Shown here: piece after piece, positions 57,366-64,000 of the stretch
Numbering within the stretch: the first letter of the stretch is position 1
Layout of the letters: each line of letters starts with the position of its first letter
Source: Eubacteriales bacterium
GTDB taxonomy: Bacteria; Bacillota; Clostridia; Oscillospirales; CAG-272
NCBI GenBank assembly: GCA_045658965.1
Contig: JAZOVZ010000050.1
Location: 1,824-65,823, forward strand
Reading direction: 5' to 3'
DNA: 64,000 bases
Notes under the pieces: model-generated
The model's input: the letters and a program-made list of their open reading frames with translations, nothing else
Told to the model about the DNA's origin: nothing
The model's database searches: none
Translations under genes and position numbers: made by a program

Positions 57366-57751
57366 ACCGGCACCTCCTCTGTATAGGAATAGGGCAGCGC
57401 ATCCTCCTGCACCTGCTCGGGCTGCACCATGACGTAGTAAGGCTCCAGCTGTGCTGCATGTGCGGTGCAGAATACCTTGTAGTCGTCGGTGCAGGGAATC
57501 AGACAAAAGAGCAGGTCGGGGTATTCCTTGGCAAAGGCGCAAAGGTCTGCGCAAAGCAGGTCGCCCTGCAGGTAAGAGGGCGTGCGCACGATGCGTACGC
57601 AGGCGCAAAAATGCGCTGAAAACGCAGTGCGGGAGCAATAGATGTGCGAGAGCACGCCAAAGCGGCGGTACAGTCTGCGTGCGATTTTGACGGGCTGTGT
57701 GCCGTCACCCAATATTACGGGTACCAGTACGCGGTTGAGCTGCTCCTTCAT
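57362..57751 (-). CDS. 129-aa protein resembling the N-terminal (pre-ATP-grasp) domain of ATP-grasp carboxylate-amine ligases; possible truncated gene
   Basis: The translation MKEQLNRVLVPVILGDGTQPVKIARRLYRRFGV...LIPCTDDYKVF.. shows the beta-strand/Gly/helix pattern of pre-ATP-grasp domains (recalled from memory). The stop overlaps the murE2 start in an ATGA. Confidence 0.4.
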   Translation of the reverse strand: MKEQLNRVLVPVILGDGTQPVKIARRLYRRFGVLSHIYCSRTAFSAHFCACVRIVRTPSYLQGDLLCADLCAFAKEYPDLLFCLIPCTDDYKVFCTAHAAQLEPYYVMVQPEQVQEDALPYSYTEEVPV

Positions 57752-57916
57752 CGTATCACTCCTTTCTTGTCATATCTTATTCATTATAGCATAAAAGACG
57801 TGCTTTGTCACGCTTCTGTACAATATTTTGCAAATATTTTTTGCACGCTCTTGCAAAATTTTGCCGTGTCCGTTATAATAGAGTCAGAAATACGTAAGGA
57901 GTGCGTAGCAAAGCCC

Positions 57917-58492
57917 ATGAAAAAGGAAAGCATTTATAAGATATTTTCAAGAATTCCCACCTTGGAGACCGAGCGGCTGATCTTGCGCAAGATGCTGGTT
58001 TCGGACAAGGAGGACATATACGCGTATTCCCGACGCGAGGACGTGACCGAGCACCTGACCTGGGCACCGCACGCCAATATCGAGTACACGCAGGATTATC
58101 TGCGCTATATCGGACAGCGGTACAGCGTAGGGGACTACTTCGATTGGGCTGTGGTGGAAAAGGCGAGCGGCAGAGTCATCGGCTCGTGCGGCTTTACGCG
58201 GTTTGATTACCCCAACGACGCAGGTGAGATCGGCTACGTATTCCACCCCGATTTCGGCGGCAAGGGATATGCCACCGAGGCGGTGCGCGAGGTGGTGCGC
58301 TTTGGTTTTGTTGCGCTGAAATTGCACCGCATTGAGGCAAGGTATCTAAAGGGCAACGACCGCTCCGTGCGCGTCATGGAGCGCCTTGGCATGCAGTATG
58401 AGGGCGAGCGCCGCGAGGCAATGCTGGTCAAGGGCTCGTACCGCACCGTGGGAACGTATTCCATCCTTGCGGGGGAGTATCAGAAGCAGTAA
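57917..58492 (+). CDS. GNAT-family N-acetyltransferase (RimJ/RimL-like)
   Basis: ATG 57917 starts MKKESIYKIFSRIPTLETERLILRKM.. and the translation includes ..GEIGYVFHPDFGGKGYATEA.. and ..LHRIEARYLKGNDRSVRVMERLGM... Confidence 0.85.
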   Translation: MKKESIYKIFSRIPTLETERLILRKMLVSDKEDIYAYSRREDVTEHLTWAPHANIEYTQDYLRYIGQRYSVGDYFDWAVVEKASGRVIGSCGFTRFDYPNDAGEIGYVFHPDFGGKGYATEAVREVVRFGFVALKLHRIEARYLKGNDRSVRVMERLGMQYEGERREAMLVKGSYRTVGTYSILAGEYQKQ

Positions 58493-58509
58493 AAGTGAAA
58501 AATATACAT

Positions 58510-58611
58510 GTAGGGGAGGATATGATCCTCCCGCCAGTAGCAAAGATCGGTATCGACACCCAAGCGGTTGACCGACGTGCTTTGTGGCGGGAGCATAGTA
58601 TGCTCCCCTAC
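58510..58611 (+). other. about 100-nt structured element with two mutually exclusive folds (function unknown)
   Basis: Segments are A 58510-19, B 58527-35, C 58586-93 and D 58603-11. A:B (6 bp) plus C:D (8 bp) hairpins compete with nested A:D (9 bp) plus B:C (8 bp). Confidence 0.35.
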
Positions 58612-58684
58612 AAACATTCCGGGAAAGTTTGATGTGAAGCCCTTCGATTTTTGCAATTTCACTTCCTAAAACTTGCAAAAACAC

Positions 58685-58713
58685 TTGACATAAAAGGGGG
58701 AACGGTGTATAAT
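58685..58713 (+). promoter_or_regulatory. sigma-A-type promoter for rpiR-family gene
   Basis: TTGACA, a 17-nt spacer, then TATAAT. Confidence 0.7.
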
Positions 58714-58767
58714 GAAGAATGGTGTTTTATGAGCTTTCCCAAATACATACATAGGTAGGACACAATT

Positions 58768-59631
58768 ATGAAAAGAGATATTCTCAGAATCCTCGAAGAA
58801 AATATGAGCGGTTTTTCCAAGGGGCAAAAGCTGATCGCAAAATATATTTTGCAGGAATACGACAAGGCAGCCTACATGACCGCCTCCAAATTGGGACAGG
58901 CAGTAGGCGTTTCCGAGTCCACCGTGGTGCGCTTTGTGATTGAGCTTGGCTACGAGGGATATCCCGAGTTCCAAAAATCGCTGCAGGAGCTGATACGCAC
59001 CAAGCTGACCTCCTTCCAGCGTATCGAAGTCACCAACAATCTCATCGGTAAGGGCGACGTGCTCTCCAAGGTGCTGGAGTCCGATGCGGAAAAGATCCGC
59101 AAGACGCTCGAGGGCATTGACCGCGAGGCGTTTGAGGGGGCTGTCAACAGCATTGTCAATGCAAAGAATATCTATATTCTGGGCGTGCGCTCCTCGTCCT
59201 CTCTGGCTGCCTTTTTGGACCACAGCCTGCGCATGATCTTTGACAACGTGCGCTTGGTGCAGACCGCGTCGGGTGCAGAGGTGTTCGAGCAGATGCTCAG
59301 CGTGGGCGAGGGTGATGCAGTCATCGCCATCAGCTTCCCCAGATACTCCAAGAGAATCATCAAGGCAACCGAGTACGCGCACAAGAGCGGCGCGGATATC
59401 GTGTGCCTGACCGATAGCGTAGAATCCCCGCTTGCCGCAAGTGCAGATCAGCTGCTGGTTGCGCAGAGCGATATGGCGTCCTTCGTGGATTCGTTGGTCG
59501 CGCCCCTGAGTGTGATCAATGCGCTTGTCGTTGCCGTTTCGCGCTCCCGCCAGGAGCAGGTGACCGAGAGACTCCGTCACCTTGAGGTACTGTGGGACGA
59601 ATACGACATTTACGATAAGACCCAGCAATGA
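58768..59631 (+). CDS. RpiR/MurR-family transcriptional regulator (HTH + SIS domain)
   Basis: The N-terminus ..FSKGQKLIAKYILQEY..AAYMTASKLGQAVGVSESTVVRF is the RpiR-type HTH. The SIS region has ..IYILGVRSSSSLA... Confidence 0.88.
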   Translation: MKRDILRILEENMSGFSKGQKLIAKYILQEYDKAAYMTASKLGQAVGVSESTVVRFVIELGYEGYPEFQKSLQELIRTKLTSFQRIEVTNNLIGKGDVLSKVLESDAEKIRKTLEGIDREAFEGAVNSIVNAKNIYILGVRSSSSLAAFLDHSLRMIFDNVRLVQTASGAEVFEQMLSVGEGDAVIAISFPRYSKRIIKATEYAHKSGADIVCLTDSVESPLAASADQLLVAQSDMASFVDSLVAPLSVINALVVAVSRSRQEQVTERLRHLEVLWDEYDIYDKTQQ

Positions 59632-60884
59632 GTATGGCTTACGATGATTTTTCTCCCGTGCGCGTAGCCGTCGTAGGCGGCGGTGCTGCGGGCATGATGG
59701 CAGCCGTTGCCGCTGCCAATATGGGCGCCCGGGTCGTGTTGTTTGAACGCAACGACCGCCTTGGTAAAAAGCTGCGCATTACGGGTAAGGGCAGATGCAA
59801 CGTGACCAACGATTGCGACCGAGACGCGTTCCTTTCCAACGTGCCTACCAATCCGCGCTTTTTGTACAGCGCACTTGCCGCATTTACCACGGCAGACACC
59901 AAAGCATTTTTTGAAAACCTTGGCGTGCCGCTCAAGACCGAGCGCGGCAATCGCGTGTTTCCCGTTTCCGATAAGGCGATCGATATTGTGGTCGCACTCA
60001 AGGATGCGGTGCGCGATGCAGGCGTCAAGGTGATCAACGAGCGCGTGACCTCGCTCTTATTATGTGATGGCAGCGTATGCGGTGTGTACACCTCGCGCCC
60101 CTATGAATTTGAGCGCGTGATCATTTGCACGGGCGGTAAATCCTACCCCCTGACCGGCTCGGACGGTGACGGCTATAAGCTTGCCGTGCAGGCAGGGCAT
60201 TCCGTGACCAAGCTGTTGCCCTCGCTGGTGCCCATTACCTGCAAGGGCAGCGACCATCGCGCCATGCAGGGGCTTTCCTTGCGCAACGTGGGCTTGACCG
60301 TCAAGGACAACGCCACGGGCAAGGCAGTGTATCGCGATTTTGGCGAAATGATGTTCACGCATTTCGGGCTGACGGGTCCCATGATCCTGAGCGCATCGGC
60401 GCATCTGCCCGATATCGCACCCGATAAATATACGGCTTATATCGATCTCAAGCCCGCGCTTGACGACAAGACCTTGGACGCGCGCTTGCTTTCGGATTTT
60501 GCAAAATACCACAACAAGGACTTTGCCAACAGCCTTGGCGATTTGCTGCCGCAGAAAATGATCGAGGTGATCGTAGCCCGCTCGGGTATCGATCCGCACA
60601 AAAAGGTCAATTCTATTACTGCGCAGGAGCGTCGTGAGCTGGTCGCACTGCTCAAGGGCTTTTCGATGTCCTTGCAGGGATTCCGCCCCATTGACGAAGC
60701 CATTGTCACCAAGGGCGGTGTCAACGTAGGCGAGATCAAGCCCGCCAGCATGGAGTCGCGCATTGTGTCGGGACTTTACTTTGCGGGCGAGGTGCTGGAC
60801 GTAGACGCTTATACCGGCGGCTTTAATTTGCAGATCGCGTTCTCGACGGGACATCTTGCAGGCGAGAGTGCCGCGACAGACTAA
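59628..60884 (+). CDS. HI0933/YhiN (BaiN-like) family NAD(P)/FAD-dependent flavoprotein
   Basis: The translation has ..VAVVGGGAAGMMAA.., ..LGKKLRITGKGRCNVTN.. and ..GGFNLQIAFSTG... The ATG overlaps the rpiR stop. Confidence 0.85.
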   Translation: MSMAYDDFSPVRVAVVGGGAAGMMAAVAAANMGARVVLFERNDRLGKKLRITGKGRCNVTNDCDRDAFLSNVPTNPRFLYSALAAFTTADTKAFFENLGVPLKTERGNRVFPVSDKAIDIVVALKDAVRDAGVKVINERVTSLLLCDGSVCGVYTSRPYEFERVIICTGGKSYPLTGSDGDGYKLAVQAGHSVTKLLPSLVPITCKGSDHRAMQGLSLRNVGLTVKDNATGKAVYRDFGEMMFTHFGLTGPMILSASAHLPDIAPDKYTAYIDLKPALDDKTLDARLLSDFAKYHNKDFANSLGDLLPQKMIEVIVARSGIDPHKKVNSITAQERRELVALLKGFSMSLQGFRPIDEAIVTKGGVNVGEIKPASMESRIVSGLYFAGEVLDVDAYTGGFNLQIAFSTGHLAGESAATD

Positions 60885-60902
60885 ATAAAAGGAGTTTATG
60901 AC

Positions 60903-61586
60903 ATGATCCAGATTGCTATAGACGGACCCGGCGGAGCGGGTAAGACCACACTTTCCAAAGCCATTGCCAAGAAGCTTGGTATCGTTTACGTGGATACCGG
61001 TGCTATGTACCGCACCGTAGGTCTGTACGTGCGCGACCACGGCTATTCCTGGGAGGATACCGCTGCCGTGATCTCCATGCTGCCCGATATTCATATCGAG
61101 GTCAAGTTTGAGGACGGCGTGCAGAATATTTATCTCAACGGCACAAATCCCGGTGACCGCATCCGCGAGCCCGAGATTTCTATGTATGCGTCGGGCGTTT
61201 CCAAAATTCCCGAGGTCAGAGCCTTCCTTTTGGAGACCCAGAAGGACATCGCACGCAAGAACAGCGTGATCATGGACGGCAGAGATATCGGTACGGTCAT
61301 TCTGCCCGATGCAGACCTCAAGCTGTTTATGACAGCCTCCCCCGAGACCCGTGCAAAGCGTCGTTATATCGAGCTGCTTGAAAAGGGTCAGCAGGTGACC
61401 TTTGAGCAGGTCATGGAGGAAATGGTGGCGCGTGACGCGCAGGACGCGGGCAGAGAAATCGCGCCTGCCATTCCCGCGGACGATGCCATTATGTACGACA
61501 ATTCCGGCTTGACCTTTGACGAAAGCCTGGATGCTCTGCTTGCCTTTATCAAGGAAAAGCTGGGCGATAAGCTGAACGATCTGTGA
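60903..61586 (+). CDS. cmk: cytidylate kinase
   Basis: The translation starts MIQIAIDGPGGAGKTTLSKAIAKKLGIVYVDTGAMYR. Confidence 0.95.
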   Translation: MIQIAIDGPGGAGKTTLSKAIAKKLGIVYVDTGAMYRTVGLYVRDHGYSWEDTAAVISMLPDIHIEVKFEDGVQNIYLNGTNPGDRIREPEISMYASGVSKIPEVRAFLLETQKDIARKNSVIMDGRDIGTVILPDADLKLFMTASPETRAKRRYIELLEKGQQVTFEQVMEEMVARDAQDAGREIAPAIPADDAIMYDNSGLTFDESLDALLAFIKEKLGDKLNDL

Positions 61587-61587
61587 T

Positions 61588-62229
61588 ATGAAGGGAAAGT
61601 TTTATGCGGCTTTTCGCGGTGTGGTGCGCCTGCCGTTTTTTGCGGTAACGCGCACGCACGTGCACGATGCGCAAAACGAGCCGGACGCCGGCGAAGGCCC
61701 TTACATTATTTGCGCAAATCATACCGTGTTTTCCGATCCCATTTTTCTGTGCGGTGCCATGCGTAAGCAGCAACCGCACTTTATGGCGAAAAAGGAGCTT
61801 TTCAAGATTCCCGTGCTCGGTTGGCTGCTCAAGGGCTTGGGGGCTTTTCCCGTTGACCGCAAGGCGGGAGACGTTTCTGCCATCAAGCGCAGCATTGCGC
61901 TCCTCGAGCAGGGCAAGTGCGTGGGCATTTTTCCGCAGGGGCATCGCAATCCCGGCGTTGATCCCAGAGAGACCGAGGTGCGCCACGGCATCGGCATGAT
62001 CGCCGCGCGTACGCATGCGACCGTTCTGCCGTGCTATCTGTGCATGAAGGATTACAAGTATAAGCTCGGCCGTCGCGTGGATATCGTGGTAGGCAAGCCC
62101 ATGAAATACGAGGAGTATGCTGCGGGACTTAGCGGGACGGCGGAGTACACCGCCATTACCGAAAAGGTGTTTGACCGTATCTGCACGCTGGGCGAGGAGT
62201 TCCGTGACAAGAAGGGAAGCGCACAATGA
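61588..62229 (+). CDS. plsC: 1-acyl-sn-glycerol-3-phosphate acyltransferase
   Basis: The NHTVFSDP (HX4D) motif and ..FPQGHR.. are present. Confidence 0.88.
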   Translation: MKGKFYAAFRGVVRLPFFAVTRTHVHDAQNEPDAGEGPYIICANHTVFSDPIFLCGAMRKQQPHFMAKKELFKIPVLGWLLKGLGAFPVDRKAGDVSAIKRSIALLEQGKCVGIFPQGHRNPGVDPRETEVRHGIGMIAARTHATVLPCYLCMKDYKYKLGRRVDIVVGKPMKYEEYAAGLSGTAEYTAITEKVFDRICTLGEEFRDKKGSAQ

Positions 62230-64000
62230 AGCGCGAGGTCATCGTAGCCAAGCACGCGGGCTTTTGCTTTGGCGTGGGCAGAGCGGCGGACGCCGTGGAG
62301 CGCGAGATCGCGCAGCATGCCCCGGGCACGCGTATGTTTACCTTGGGCAGACTGATTCATAACGATACCTACGTAGCGCGCCTTGAAGCGCAGGGCGTGG
62401 GCGTGGTGTGCGAGCAGGATATCGAGCGGCTTTGCGCGCAAGCGACTGCCGACGCACCTGTGAAGGTGTTTGTGCGTGCGCACGGCATGACCAAAGAGAC
62501 CGAGGAGCTGCTTGTGCGTTGCCATGCGCAAAACCGGCATTTTTGCTTTGAGGATTGCACCTGCTCATTCGTGCGTAAGATCCACGATATTGTGGCAAAG
62601 CATAATTCTCCCGATCACGTGCTGTTCGTGCTGGGCGCGGCTGATCACCCCGAGGTGGTGGGCTTTTTGTCACGCTTTGAGGGTGAAAAGATGGTATTTT
62701 CGGATACCGATGAGCTGGAACGCCTGTTGACCCCCGAAAAGTGGGAAAACATATGTGCAAAATCACCAATTGTTGTGGCGCAAACGACACAAAAATTAGG
62801 CGAGTGGATAAAAACAAAAGAATTTATCAAAAAACTATATACAAATCCGATAATTTTTGATACAATATGTAGTATCACGGAAATTCGCCAGAAAGAGGTT
62901 GCAAGCCTTGCGAGCGCGTGTGATTGCATGATTGTGATCGGTAGTCGGAGCAGTTCAAATTCGACAAAACTGTACCATATCAGCAAGAGCGCGTGTCCCG
63001 ATACCTATATGGTTGAAAGTGCCGCACAGCTTTCTGCGTATGGACCGTTTACTCACCAAAGGGTGGGGATCGCGGCAGGTGCCTCAACACCGCGCGATAT
63101 AATTGAGGAGGTAGAAAAAACCATGAGCGAAGTTATTGAAAACTTTGAAGAGCTGTTGGAATCATCACTCAAAACTTTAAATACAGGAGATGTCGTTACC
63201 GGAACCGTTGAATACGTTACCGATGCAGAGATCCAGTTGGACCTCGGCGCAGGCGTTACGGGTTACATCAAGGCCGAGCAAGTTGATGATTCTCCCGAAA
63301 AGTTGACTGACAGATTCCACAGAGGTGACAAGGTAGATGCCTTTGTCATTCGTGTCAGCGACATCGAGGGAGTTGCTGAACTTTCCAAGAAGCGCGTTGA
63401 TTCTGACAAGAACTGGTACAGAATCGTTGCAGCTAAGGACTCCGAGGACGTGCTGGAGGGCACTGTTGTCGAAGTTGTTAAGGGTGGCGTCATCGTTTCC
63501 GTTGACAGCAACCGCGTGTTCGTACACGCATCCCAGACCGGCGTTCCCAAGGACGGCGATCTGAACGTTCTTATGAACACCACCGTTAAGCTGAGAATTA
63601 CCGAGATCCGCGAGGGTAAGAAGGCTAAGGGCTCCATTACCATGGTTCAGAGAGCTGAGCGCAAGGCAAAAGAGGAAGCTTTCTGGAACGAGATCGAGGA
63701 AGGCAAGACCTACACCGGCGTTGTTAAGAGCATGACCACCTACGGTGCGTTCATCGACCTTGGCGGCGTTGACGGTATGGTTCACGCATCCGAGCTGTCC
63801 TGGAAGAGAATCAAGTCTCCCGCTGACGTTGTTGCTATTGGCGATACGCTGACCGTATTCGTTAAGAGCTTCGACAAGGAGAAGAAGAGAATTTCTCTGG
63901 GCTACAAGACCGCAGAGACCAATCCTTGGTACGTATTCACCCACACCTATGCTGAGGGTGACGTAGCAAGCGTTAAGATCGTTAGCATGATGCCCTTCGG
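62226..64000 (+). CDS. ispH: fused 4-hydroxy-3-methylbut-2-enyl diphosphate reductase / 30S ribosomal protein S1 (3' end outside window)
   Basis: My hand translation gives MKREVIVAKHAGFCFGV..., VAQTTQ, FDTICSIT..RQ, MIVIGSRSSSNSTKL and ..GASTPRDIIEEVEKT. It continues in frame, with no stop, into MSEVIENFEELL... and repeated S1 (OB) domains. No frame-0 ORF end is reported by the ORF track, so the frame stays open to the window end. Confidence 0.88.
   Translation, partial: MKREVIVAKHAGFCFGVGRAADAVEREIAQHAPGTRMFTLGRLIHNDTYVARLEAQGVGVVCEQDIERLCAQATADAPVKVFVRAHGMTKETEELLVRCHAQNRHFCFEDCTCSFVRKIHDIVAKHNSPDHVLFVLGAADHPEVVGFLSRFEGEKMVFSDTDELERLLTPEKWENICAKSPIVVAQTTQKLGEWIKTKEFIKKLYTNPIIFDTICSITEIRQKEVASLASACDCMIVIGSRSSSNSTKLYHISKSACPDTYMVESAAQLSAYGPFTHQRVGIAAGASTPRDIIEEVEKTMSEVIENFEELLESSLKTLNTGDVVTGTVEYVTDAEIQLDLGAGVTGYIKAEQVDDSPEKLTDRFHRGDKVDAFVIRVSDIEGVAELSKKRVDSDKNWYRIVAAKDSEDVLEGTVVEVVKGGVIVSVDSNRVFVHASQTGVPKDGDLNVLMNTTVKLRITEIREGKKAKGSITMVQRAERKAKEEAFWNEIEEGKTYTGVVKSMTTYGAFIDLGGVDGMVHASELSWKRIKSPADVVAIGDTLTVFVKSFDKEKKRISLGYKTAETNPWYVFTHTYAEGDVASVKIVSMMPF

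Noticed and set aside
57366-57638. N-terminal extensions of tracked ORFs: the first 91 codons of 55896-57638, the first 91 of 57644-58492, the first 32 of 36926-38263, the first 48 of 39279-40871, the first 23 of 38205-39032 and the first 14 of 47542-49014.
   Set aside because: In each case an internal Met preceded by a proper SD coincides with the conserved N-terminus of the family. The upstream part overlaps a neighbouring gene, a repeat element or a promoter.
1-64000. CRISPR arrays, tRNA/rRNA genes, transposases, integrases, phage genes, toxin-antitoxin pairs and known defence-system genes.
   Set aside because: I scanned all intergenic regions and the ORF translations. There are no regularly spaced direct repeats, no tRNA T-arm/acceptor signatures and no recombinase, nuclease or RT motifs. 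The only repeats are the two MITE-like copies and short phased operator boxes.

Overview
This 64-kb window comes from a moderately GC-rich, spore-forming Firmicute. Class Clostridia is an inference from gene order, a GerA/SpoVAF-type gene and codon style. Almost all of it is core housekeeping. It carries a tgt 3' end, a HAD hydrolase, tldD/pmbA, rny, glyQS and a stand-alone inverted rplJ-rplL operon. It also carries the complete S10-spc-alpha ribosomal supercluster (rpsJ to rplQ, including secY, adk, map, infA, rpmJ and rpoA). Further along are mgtE, a PPi-type phosphofructokinase and a dcw cluster (mraZ, rsmH, ftsL-like, PBP, murE, murF, mraY, ftsW, murG, ftsQ-like, ftsZ). The window ends with cmk, plsC and a fused ispH-rpsA that runs off the end. 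Accessory content is limited to three blocks. The first is a GH84/CBM32 lipoprotein with an AraC regulator, plus a membrane-protein/YafY-like pair, lying between rplJL and rpsJ. The second is a lipoprotein next to mgtE. The third is a minus-strand operon convergent on ftsZ: a 129-aa pre-ATP-grasp-like ORF, a second MurE-type ligase and an SGNH hydrolase. I found no tRNA or rRNA genes, CRISPR array, transposase, integrase or recognisable defence genes, and no clear multi-gene novel system. The most interesting items are: (1) infA has no ATG/GTG/TTG start and seems to initiate on CTG or ATT. (2) A MITE-like repeat family occurs in two copies, carries a bidirectional terminator and shows compensatory stem changes. 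(3) There are unusually long structured RNA regions inside or ahead of ribosomal-protein operons: an S10 leader with an intrinsic terminator, a 145-nt S10-L3 spacer and a 200-nt S14-S8 spacer. (4) The PBP gene has a promoter-plus-terminator leader. (5) The murE2 operon has a non-DAP-type specificity motif. (6) The ispH-rpsA fusion keeps an internal SD+ATG and contains a sharply AT-rich patch. All functional calls rest on motifs read in the translations. No database search was possible.
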